This document shows, piece after piece, positions 31,668 to 39,681 of a stretch of 64,000 nucleotides of DNA. The position numbers were made by a program, and so were the translations under genes. Where the stretch lies: NCBI GenBank assembly GCA_041556555.1, contig JBFFIE010000006.1:5452-69451 (forward strand), written 5' to 3'. This stretch comes from Gammaproteobacteria bacterium (GTDB taxonomy: Bacteria > Pseudomonadota > Gammaproteobacteria > Eutrophobiales > Eutrophobiaceae). Under the pieces are notes generated by a model. That model saw only the letters and a program-made list of their open reading frames with translations, searched no databases and was not told where the DNA came from. The stretch's first letter is position 1. Every line of letters starts with the position of its first letter.

Positions 31668-32453
31668 TTGTCGGGATCACTAATGAAATATCCTGTCGGG
31701 GCCATTGCCCGTTATAGTTTGCTGGAAGCAGTAAGAAGTCATATTTTCCTGCTCGTGGTACCGGGCGTGATAATTCTTTTCGGCATCTCGCAATTCGTTG
31801 GTGAACTGGCCGTCACTGAATCCAGGGAAATTCAGGCTGCTATAACCGCTTATATAATTCGAGTTCTTGCCGTAATTATTACATGCCTCTTTATTGTTTT
31901 ATCCTGTTTGCGGGAATTTAATGAAAAGACAGTCGATATAATTTTTGCATTACCGGTTCCACGATATGTTTATTACCTGGGCAAGCTGTTCGGTTTCTCA
32001 GGCCTTGTTTTTATAGTAGCCGTGTTATTTTCGTTACCACTTTTTCTTTATGCAGATATGATGCCAGTAGCTTACTGGTCAATATCGCTGGTCTGCGAGT
32101 TATTTATTATGACGAGCCTCAGCCTGCTGTTTTTACTGACTCTTGGAAATGCCACATTGACCCTGAGCCTGGTCTTTGCGTTCTATGTTTTGTCACGAAC
32201 CATAAATACAATCCAGTTAATAGCAGCCAGCCCTGTTATTGAAGCAACATCTTTTTCGCAACATTTAATAAGCGGTATCATTGATGTGATCGCCTTTCTA
32301 TTGCCGGATTTTTCCCGCTTTGCCCAAACGGAATGGTTAATGACAGGTTCAGTCGATATCAACGAAATAAGTTTTGTATTTTTGCAGACGACGGTCTATG
32401 TGGTGTTATTATCAGCCGCAGCACTGTTTGACCTCTATCGAAAGGAATTCTAG
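31668..32453 (+). CDS. ABC-2 family transporter permease
   Basis: 261 aa with about 6 TM helices. The hydrophobicity profile is ABC-2 type. Confidence 0.6.
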   Translation: MSGSLMKYPVGAIARYSLLEAVRSHIFLLVVPGVIILFGISQFVGELAVTESREIQAAITAYIIRVLAVIITCLFIVLSCLREFNEKTVDIIFALPVPRYVYYLGKLFGFSGLVFIVAVLFSLPLFLYADMMPVAYWSISLVCELFIMTSLSLLFLLTLGNATLTLSLVFAFYVLSRTINTIQLIAASPVIEATSFSQHLISGIIDVIAFLLPDFSRFAQTEWLMTGSVDINEISFVFLQTTVYVVLLSAAALFDLYRKEF

Positions 32454-33196
32454 TGTTTCATAGATTCAGTCGCTCGGGTTTATTTACCCATTCTACCCAA
32501 CGGCCCGTTTCCAGCGTTCCCGGGACAGTGTCACTGGTCTTGTTGCTTGCCCTGGGTCTGCAGTTCGTCTTGCATGGTTATTATGTTGAGAGGGATGTGG
32601 TCGGTAAATCGCTTACGCTGGCACCATCCGAACACCATGCCAGCATGCTGGGCCTGGGGGACAATATCGCGATCGCCAAGATACTGATGCTTTGGTTGCA
32701 GGCCTTTGATAATCAACCGGGCCTGAGCATACCGCTTGCTAGACTTGACTACGGGAGGGTAACAGGCTGGCTGCAACTGATACTTGATCTGGATCCACGG
32801 GGTCAATACCCGTTATTTGCAGCGGCACGCATCTATGCCGGGATTCAGGACGAGGACAAACAACGCCAGATGCTTGGATTTGTCTACCGGAATTTTTTCA
32901 AGGATCCAAACCATCGATGGCCGGCCCTGGCGCACGCCGTGTACATAGCCAAACACCGCCTGAATGATATGCCATTAGCCTTAAAATATGCCGAGGCAAT
33001 GGCAGATAATGTAACCGCAAAAGATGTACCCTTCTGGGTCAAGCAGATGCACATTTATGTGCTCGAAGATATGGGTGAACTGGAAGCGGCAAGGATTCTG
33101 CTGGGCGGGCTCATCGAGAGTGGTACCATCAGGGATCCAAATGAGCTCGAGTTCCTGCGTTCACGGCTCAGGAATCTGGAGGAAAAGACTGAATAG
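32453..33196 (+). CDS. Hypothetical membrane-anchored protein (the PilG-slot gene in a pilGHI-like arrangement)
   Basis: GTG start that overlaps the permease stop (TAGTG). One N-terminal TM helix is present. I recognise no domain. Confidence 0.4.
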   Translation: MFHRFSRSGLFTHSTQRPVSSVPGTVSLVLLLALGLQFVLHGYYVERDVVGKSLTLAPSEHHASMLGLGDNIAIAKILMLWLQAFDNQPGLSIPLARLDYGRVTGWLQLILDLDPRGQYPLFAAARIYAGIQDEDKQRQMLGFVYRNFFKDPNHRWPALAHAVYIAKHRLNDMPLALKYAEAMADNVTAKDVPFWVKQMHIYVLEDMGELEAARILLGGLIESGTIRDPNELEFLRSRLRNLEEKTE

Positions 33197-33331
33197 GAGC
33201 GGGAATCGGGACCTGGCGATGTTCAATAAAAGTGTCGAGATTTCGACAAACTGATGACAGCTCGTCAGTTTTTCCCGTGTTCACCCAGATATTAAATTAT
33301 AAAAGTTAATAATTACAGATAGTTAGTGGTT

Positions 33332-33346
33332 TGGCATGGAAAATGC
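33332..33346 (+). promoter_or_regulatory. Sigma-54 (-24/-12) promoter of the major pilin gene
   Basis: The sequence is TGGCATGGAAAATGC. The GG and GC elements are at the consensus spacing (TGGCAC-N5-TTGC). It lies 38 nt upstream of the pilin ATG. Confidence 0.65.
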
Positions 33347-33383
33347 GAGATGACTGGCAGAGAAAACGCTGAGGTGTATTGAG

Positions 33384-34097
33384 ATGACGACAATGAAAAG
33401 ACAATCCGGTTTTACCCTGGTCGAAATTGCCATCGTACTGGTTATCGTTGGCCTGTTGCTCGGAGGCATACTGAAAGGCCAGGAATTGATCAACAGTGCC
33501 CGAGTCCGCAACCTGGCGGATCAGAACGCCGCGGTTCAGGCAGCCTATTATGGTTTCATCGACCGCTATCGGCAGATTCCCGGAGATTGGCCGGCAGCTG
33601 CGGCGACCACCGGTATCGGGGTGACTATCGTCAGCCCGACTTCAGCCAATGCCGGTAATGGTCGTATCGATGACGGTGACTGGGACGAAGCCTCCGGAGT
33701 CTGGGAACAGCTGGCCGGCGCCGGTTTTATCGCGGGTAACTACAGTGGTGGCGGTACTGCCGCGAACTACACTGACGGTACCCGTGCGCCAGTGAATGCA
33801 TTTAATGGTTCGGTATTACTTGGTCGCATGGACCAGTACCAGGACAATGGCACCGCCGTTGAGCGCCTGGCCTTTTCCTTCGGCAACCAGATCCCGGCTA
33901 AGATCCTGCGTGAGCTGGATGTGAAGCTGGATGATGGTCGGCCACTGACCGGTATTCTAAGGGCCTCGGGGACGGCCACCGGTGGTTGGGCCACCATGTT
34001 TACCTCTGTTGCTGCCTGTACTGCCGGTACGGCCCCGAATATAGAATGGGACGTGGCCACGGACTCACAGGATTGTGGCGCAGTCTCGCTCTATTAA
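33384..34097 (+). CDS. Type IVa major pilin candidate (prepilin with a C-terminal disulfide loop)
   Basis: The leader MTTMKRQSG|FTLVEIAIVLVIVGLL has the class III signal with Glu at +5. A C-terminal Cys pair (C...19 aa...C) forms the D-region. Its own sigma-54 promoter lies upstream and an intrinsic terminator downstream. Confidence 0.8.
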   Translation: MTTMKRQSGFTLVEIAIVLVIVGLLLGGILKGQELINSARVRNLADQNAAVQAAYYGFIDRYRQIPGDWPAAAATTGIGVTIVSPTSANAGNGRIDDGDWDEASGVWEQLAGAGFIAGNYSGGGTAANYTDGTRAPVNAFNGSVLLGRMDQYQDNGTAVERLAFSFGNQIPAKILRELDVKLDDGRPLTGILRASGTATGGWATMFTSVAACTAGTAPNIEWDVATDSQDCGAVSLY

Positions 34098-34124
34098 TCC
34101 TGTTTGATAAGCAAACATTAAAAA

Positions 34125-34150
34125 GGCCCGCACTAACGCGGGCTTTTTTC
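34125..34150 (+). terminator. Rho-independent terminator after the pilin gene
   Basis: GGCCCGC-actaa-GCGGGCC stem-loop followed by TTTTTT. Confidence 0.7.
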
Positions 34151-34176
34151 TTCAAAGTTGCTGAAAGATAGAATCG

Positions 34177-34896
34177 ATGACTATTCCTGTAGTTGAAATC
34201 AATGCTGTGTCCAAGTCCTATGGGCGTAAACAGGTCCTTTCAGATATCAGTCTTTCTATCTCTGAGGGTGAATACATTGGTCTCGTGGGTCTGAACGGTG
34301 CCGGCAAAACAACCCTGATTAAATGTCTGCTGGATTTCTGTGCCCTGGACAGTGGCCAAATCCGTATCTTCGGTCGTGAACATCGGGATACTGAATCCAG
34401 GAAATCGCTGGTTTTTTTGCCGGAGAAGTTTATTCCACCCTATTTCCTGAAGGGTAATGATTTTCTCAAATACATGGCAGCACTTTATCAAATTAATGTC
34501 GATAACGAATTAATTGATTCATTGTTACAAGTGATGGATCTGGATGCAGAGTCACTGGACCAGCCGGTCTACAAATATTCGAAAGGTATGTCACAGAAAC
34601 TGGGTTTAATAGCCAGCCTCATGACCGGGAGGCAGTTACTGGTTTACGACGAACCCATGAGTGGTCTGGATCCCAGAGCCAGGGCGCGTTTAAAAAAGCA
34701 TTTGCTATCACTCAAGTCTGCCGGGCAAACCCTGTTTTATTCTTCCCATTTGCTCGAAGACGTTAAAGCCATGTGCGATCGTCTTGTCATTCTGCATCGC
34801 GGTCAGGTCCGTTTTTTTGGCACACTGGATGAATGTATAAAATCATTTGTTGCAAACGATCTGGAAGAGGCCTACTTACATTGCATCGATCAGTGA
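34177..34896 (+). CDS. ABC transporter ATP-binding protein (ABC-2 / CcmA-like)
   Basis: Walker A (GLNGAGKTT), ABC signature (YSKGMSQKL) and Walker B (LLVYDEP) are present. Confidence 0.85.
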   Translation: MTIPVVEINAVSKSYGRKQVLSDISLSISEGEYIGLVGLNGAGKTTLIKCLLDFCALDSGQIRIFGREHRDTESRKSLVFLPEKFIPPYFLKGNDFLKYMAALYQINVDNELIDSLLQVMDLDAESLDQPVYKYSKGMSQKLGLIASLMTGRQLLVYDEPMSGLDPRARARLKKHLLSLKSAGQTLFYSSHLLEDVKAMCDRLVILHRGQVRFFGTLDECIKSFVANDLEEAYLHCIDQ

Positions 34897-34897
34897 T

Positions 34898-35353
34898 CTA
34901 GCCGAGCAGATCTCTGAGGTAATCACTGGCGCGTGATTGAATCCCGGCGTATTTGCTTTCTCTCGGTCCGGCAACATTCAGTACCCTGATCCGGTTTGCC
35001 GACAACCAGTCGTGAAACACGGATCTATCCACCGGTTTATTCAGGTCTACCAGCAGGAATGGTCGTCCCAGCTCTTTTGCAATCAGGATGGTCCTTAATG
35101 TCCCTCCGGAAGTTTCACCTATGGTTAAAATCAACGTCCCGTCCGAGTCTCTGACATTCAATCTGGTCCGGGTGACGTAATCGGTCTCCCTCGTTTCAGT
35201 CAGTCTGTAGTGTGGCGGTATTGGCCCGTCCTCCGCCTTTCTTCCAGCGGGACACCAGCCGCCATGATCAATGCCAAGCTCAATTGCCACATCGATGGCA
35301 GCACGGTCAACACCTGATTGGCCACCCGATATGATTTTTCCGGGTCTGTACAT
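34898..35353 (-). CDS. Putative molybdenum-carrier / SLOG-LOG-like Rossmann protein
   Basis: The ISGGQSGVDRAA N-terminus is characteristic of the MoCo-carrier / YpsA-LOG superfamily. Confidence 0.45.
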   Translation of the reverse strand: MYRPGKIISGGQSGVDRAAIDVAIELGIDHGGWCPAGRKAEDGPIPPHYRLTETRETDYVTRTRLNVRDSDGTLILTIGETSGGTLRTILIAKELGRPFLLVDLNKPVDRSVFHDWLSANRIRVLNVAGPRESKYAGIQSRASDYLRDLLG

Positions 35354-35371
35354 ACGTCAGATGTTCCCTGC

Positions 35372-36610
35372 CTATATCTGGCGAGAGGTCAGATCAATCA
35401 GTTTTCCAATGGTTAGCCCCTGTACCAGTATTGAAAAGATGACTACAAAATAGGTAATGCTAAGTATCAGCTCACGTTCGCTACCCGCCGGAAGCGAAAG
35501 TGCCAGAGCGACTGATATGCCACCGCGGAGACCTCCCCACGTTAGAATTTTTACGGTATGGGGACTGAATTCCCGGTAACGTTCCAGGATTTTCACTGGA
35601 ATACTCACACTGATAAAACGGGCAAGCAGCACAACCAGCACTGCGAGCATGCCTATAATCGCAAGTTTGGGGCTGAAACTGATAATCAATACTTCAAGGC
35701 CGATTAGGACAAAGAGGATGGCATTGAGTATTTCATCAACAAGTTCCCAGAATGTATCAAGGTGTTCGCGCGTTAAATCACTCATGGCCAGCAGGCGGCC
35801 ATGGTTACCGATCATGAGTCCGGCAACTACCACAGCAATGGGGCCGGAAACATGCAGGGCCAGTGCAAGTGCATAGCCACCTGTAACCAGGGCGAGTGTC
35901 AGCAGGATTTCCACCTGATAATTATCTACCCGGCTCAGTAAGGTATAGGTAATAAATCCGGTGATCAGACCGAAAAGTGCACCACCGACCGCCTCTTCAA
36001 GAAAAAGGCTCAGCATGGTGCCTGCGCTCATATCCACCTTTCCATATGCCAGGGCCGAGATAATGATGAACAGAACCACACCTATACCGTCATTGAACAA
36101 TGACTCGCCGGTTATCTTTATCTCAAGAGACTTTGGTGCGCCGGCCTTTCGCAGGATAGACAAGACTGCAATGGGATCAGTAGGAGATATAAGTGCACCG
36201 AATAGCAGACAATAGATATAGCCTAGAGACAAGCCAAACCACCTCAGTACAAACCAGATCAGTGTACCGATAATGAAAGTGGAGAGTAGAGTACTGATGC
36301 TTGCCATGCTGCCAATGATCCATTTTCTTTTTGCAAGATCATCCAGATTGACATGCAGAGCGCCGGCAAACAAAAGGAAGCTCAATAATCCGTGCATTAA
36401 TGTTTCATCAAAATCAACCTGCAGCAGCATCCTTTCCGCGGTTGATGAAATATCCAGCCCTGCAAGGTCCAGCAAAATAATAAAAATTGAGACAACCAGA
36501 CTGATGACCATGACTCCGATTGTCGTCGGCAGGCGAAGATAACAGAAATTCAGGTAGGCAAATGCCGCCGTGATGGTAATCAGAATAGCTATCAAGTCGA
36601 ACAAATGCAT
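35372..36610 (-). CDS. Na+/H+ antiporter (CPA1 family)
   Basis: The profile is polytopic with 12 TM helices or so. The ORF as called begins at a TTG at 36655. The ATG at 36610 has a GGGGA 6 nt upstream. Confidence 0.75.
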   Translation of the reverse strand: MHLFDLIAILITITAAFAYLNFCYLRLPTTIGVMVISLVVSIFIILLDLAGLDISSTAERMLLQVDFDETLMHGLLSFLLFAGALHVNLDDLAKRKWIIGSMASISTLLSTFIIGTLIWFVLRWFGLSLGYIYCLLFGALISPTDPIAVLSILRKAGAPKSLEIKITGESLFNDGIGVVLFIIISALAYGKVDMSAGTMLSLFLEEAVGGALFGLITGFITYTLLSRVDNYQVEILLTLALVTGGYALALALHVSGPIAVVVAGLMIGNHGRLLAMSDLTREHLDTFWELVDEILNAILFVLIGLEVLIISFSPKLAIIGMLAVLVVLLARFISVSIPVKILERYREFSPHTVKILTWGGLRGGISVALALSLPAGSERELILSITYFVVIFSILVQGLTIGKLIDLTSRQI

Positions 36611-36691
36611 AAACTGTCCCCGGTTATTGAACTCAAGTAGTAGATATTTTATCAATGGTCAATGCTATAATGTCCATGAAATTATATTAAT

Positions 36692-37216
36692 ATGGAAATC
36701 ATGTACATTACCCGGATTATTTTCATTTGCCTGCTCATTTCCAGTTTCTCACTGGAAGCGAGAATGTATCAATGGCGAGATCCTGAGACCGGGACTACGC
36801 AATTGTCCGGCAAGCCGCCGTCCTGGTATCGAAGTGCGGAGCGGGGACCACGTGTCATTGTCTTTGATGGAGAGAAGGTTATTGATGATACGGCAATTCC
36901 CCTGGATCCCCATCAGAGCAGGGAATTGCGCAAACAGGCCATGATTAAGGCCGAGGAAGATATGCAAACGGCAAAGGCAAAAGCCACGGCAGCAGAGCAG
37001 ATGAAGCCATTTATCGATGATCAATCTTCTTATCAAAATAATAATTCAATGACTGAGCCTGTAATAGAAAACACAGCCACTAATCCTGTAGTTCAGAAAG
37101 AAGAAAAACTACGTTCCCTGGAAGAGCTGACTAAGGAAGAGATGCAGGCAATCATCCGGGAACTGGATAAATTGATAGAGTCAGAAGAAGAACTTGCGGA
37201 AGAACCCGGATCCTGA
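36692..37216 (+). CDS. DUF4124 domain secreted protein
   Basis: A signal peptide is followed by the hallmark YQWRDPETGTTQLSGKPP motif. The C-terminus is a charged coiled coil. Confidence 0.6.
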   Translation: MEIMYITRIIFICLLISSFSLEARMYQWRDPETGTTQLSGKPPSWYRSAERGPRVIVFDGEKVIDDTAIPLDPHQSRELRKQAMIKAEEDMQTAKAKATAAEQMKPFIDDQSSYQNNNSMTEPVIENTATNPVVQKEEKLRSLEELTKEEMQAIIRELDKLIESEEELAEEPGS

Positions 37217-37229
37217 ATCTGTCTGAGCC

Positions 37230-38609
37230 TCAGAACATTTCCTTTACTTTTTCCAACAGGGATTTCTCACTGGTTTCATCCACAAGTGCTTGCAGTGAAC
37301 GTAAAGCGGAATTTTGGGAATCAATTTTAAGTCCAATGCTGATATATGCTTCTGTTTTATCAACATCATTATTGGCGAAAGATTTCTCTGCAAGGAAGGC
37401 GTAGCGTTCTGCGATCTCCTTAATGCCATTTTTTGCAATTTCATTGTCCGGCCTGATCTTGAGTAACCTGGAAAAATAATAATAGGCGTTATCTTTTTCC
37501 GGATAGGTCAATTTGTATTCCTCCAGGCTTTTATTGCCGAGCCAGACCAGGGCATTAATCATTTCTTCCGTTACTTTTATATCAGGGCTGGGCATCAACT
37601 GTGAATGGCCGGCAGAATCAAGCGTGGTTGCAACAGGAATTGACTCAAGATCAACAACAGGAATGCTTTTGAGCCGGTAATCAACATATTGTACAGCACC
37701 GAAGAAAACTACAGAAACGAATAGAAGTAAGAATAAAACAATGTGATGCGCTTTGAATTTTTTCTCCGCATATTTTCCTGTCAGGTCAAGGTCCAGTAAT
37801 GAAGGTTCCGATTTCCCCAGTATCTCCTTGATGCCGTCCATCATTTCAACCGCGCTGGCAAATCGCTCCTCCTTGTTTTTAGCCATGATTTTGTCAAGAA
37901 ATGGCTGGTACCTGGACAGGCTCTCGGGAAGTTCGGGTACCGGGGCTTTCAGGTGCTGGGTCACAACCTTGTAAACATTTTTTCCATAGTACGGTTTAAC
38001 ACCGGTAAGCATTTCATAGAACACACAGCCAAGGCTGTAGATATCGGACCGTTCATCAATTTCATTTCCGCCGGCCTGTTCCGGGCTGATGTAATTCGGA
38101 CTTCCCAGGAAACCGGAAGTTTTGGTCAGATCCAGATCATTGTCCATTTGTTTTGCTATGCCAAAATCTGTCAACAGGGGCGTATTGTCTTCACGAAAAA
38201 GAATGTTGGCAGGCTTTACATCGCGATGAACAATACCATGCTCATGGGCAACTTTAAGACCACTGCCGATCTGCATCAGGTAATTCAGGGCCTCAACCGG
38301 ATCAAAGGGAATGCCCATGCGTGATTTGAGATCACCGCCTTTTATATACTCCATTGAAATGTACAGGGAATTGGAATCCGTAACCCCGATGTCATGGACG
38401 GTTATGATGTTGGGATGGTTTAATGAGGCTACAATACGACCTTCCTCGAGAAATCGCCCGATACGCACGGCATCGTCACTCTCATTACCCGCGAGTTCCA
38501 TGATTTTCAGCACAACAGGCCTGGAAAGGGATAGTTGGGTAGCCAGATAAACGCTGGCCATACCTCCCTTGCCGATTTGCTCGGTTATCTCGTAGCCGGG
38601 GATTTCCAT
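37230..38609 (-). CDS. Hanks-type Ser/Thr protein kinase with a TM helix and a C-terminal TPR-like extracytoplasmic domain
   Basis: The kinase motifs GKGGMASVY, VLK, HRDVKPANILF, DFGIAK and SPEQ are present. One TM helix follows (HHIVLFLLLFVSVVFFGAV). Confidence 0.85.
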   Translation of the reverse strand: MEIPGYEITEQIGKGGMASVYLATQLSLSRPVVLKIMELAGNESDDAVRIGRFLEEGRIVASLNHPNIITVHDIGVTDSNSLYISMEYIKGGDLKSRMGIPFDPVEALNYLMQIGSGLKVAHEHGIVHRDVKPANILFREDNTPLLTDFGIAKQMDNDLDLTKTSGFLGSPNYISPEQAGGNEIDERSDIYSLGCVFYEMLTGVKPYYGKNVYKVVTQHLKAPVPELPESLSRYQPFLDKIMAKNKEERFASAVEMMDGIKEILGKSEPSLLDLDLTGKYAEKKFKAHHIVLFLLLFVSVVFFGAVQYVDYRLKSIPVVDLESIPVATTLDSAGHSQLMPSPDIKVTEEMINALVWLGNKSLEEYKLTYPEKDNAYYYFSRLLKIRPDNEIAKNGIKEIAERYAFLAEKSFANNDVDKTEAYISIGLKIDSQNSALRSLQALVDETSEKSLLEKVKEMF

Positions 38610-38822
38610 TTGTCTTTTCGGATATTGGCAAACAACATGTCAGATATTGTCAAGGATAATGATTTATTGATTTTTTGAATAGATGTTTGTCATCACAATA
38701 ATTGGTAGAATTCTGTCCAGGGTACATCAGGAGCATGCCTGATTTGGTTATCTTCTGGCATTGCGCCTCTACTCATGGTCAGGGATACTGGTCGATATAA
38801 CAAATTCAAGAAAAGATATTTC

Positions 38823-39281
38823 ATGGTACCGGATATTTCAAATGACCGTCGGTCAACATCCAATCCGCACATAGATCACATGCTGGATGGACGCAGAGAG
38901 CTGTTGTCCCTCTATGTGAAATTGGCAAAGATTCAACCTGAAAATATGGACAGCGAAGATCAGGATTTAATGGAAGAATTCTGTCAGGCGCTGGTTGACT
39001 ATATCGCAGCTGGCCATTTTTGCCTGTATGACCGTATTGAATCGGGCCGGGAAAGGCGCAAGGCTGTGGCGGAGTTTGCACAAAAGATATATCCACACGT
39101 TGAAGAGTCCACGCGCATCTCACTGGAGTTCAGCGAGCGCTATAATTCGGGGATTGAGCAAAGAGACCATTCTAATTTCGCATTACATGTATCCAAGCTG
39201 GGAGAATATCTCACCACCCGGATTGAGCTCGAGGACCAGTTAATCCAGTGTCTTCTGCCATCTGCCCCAAAAATAGCCTGA
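38823..39281 (+). CDS. rsd: Rsd/AlgQ-family regulator of sigma-70 (anti-sigma D)
   Basis: The sequence aligns with E. coli Rsd (FCQALVDYIAAGHFCLYDRI versus FCQSLVDYLSAGHFSIYERI). The ATG at 38823 gives an Rsd-length N-terminus. The ORF caller starts at 38775. Confidence 0.7.
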   Translation: MVPDISNDRRSTSNPHIDHMLDGRRELLSLYVKLAKIQPENMDSEDQDLMEEFCQALVDYIAAGHFCLYDRIESGRERRKAVAEFAQKIYPHVEESTRISLEFSERYNSGIEQRDHSNFALHVSKLGEYLTTRIELEDQLIQCLLPSAPKIA

Positions 39282-39299
39282 ATAAAAATATTTTGCCGG

Positions 39300-39617
39300 C
39301 TAGTTGTCCTGCTGCTTTCTGATATATAAACCATCAACAAAATCGCAAAAATAGTCGTTAATCTGGGGGTGTATGATTGGCTGGAGTGAATCATCTGGCT
39401 CAAGATTTCTTTCTGCCACATAGGTTTCGTGCAATGCGTTGTGGACGAGGACCCGGTACCATGGGGCATCACGGGGTGGCCTGGTCAATGCTATATTCTG
39501 ATACCAGTCCTCTGAACCGAGGTAGACTGGGTCAACATCAACGATAACACCCCGGTAATTGAACAATTTGTGCGTGATTAGCTGGCCTACGCTGAATTTT
39601 GACTTGCTGATGCGCAT
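39300..39617 (-). CDS. hspQ: Heat shock protein HspQ (YccV-like hemimethylated-DNA-binding domain)
   Basis: MRISKSKFSVGQLITHKLFNYRGVIVDVDP matches the HspQ N-terminus. The start is the internal ATG at 39617 (the longer ORF runs to 39734). Confidence 0.75.
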   Translation of the reverse strand: MRISKSKFSVGQLITHKLFNYRGVIVDVDPVYLGSEDWYQNIALTRPPRDAPWYRVLVHNALHETYVAERNLEPDDSLQPIIHPQINDYFCDFVDGLYIRKQQDN

Positions 39618-39681
39618 TCTGGTTTCAATACATCCATCACCCTGGAAAGAATAGCAGATAATTGTATTTCCCTGATTAATT

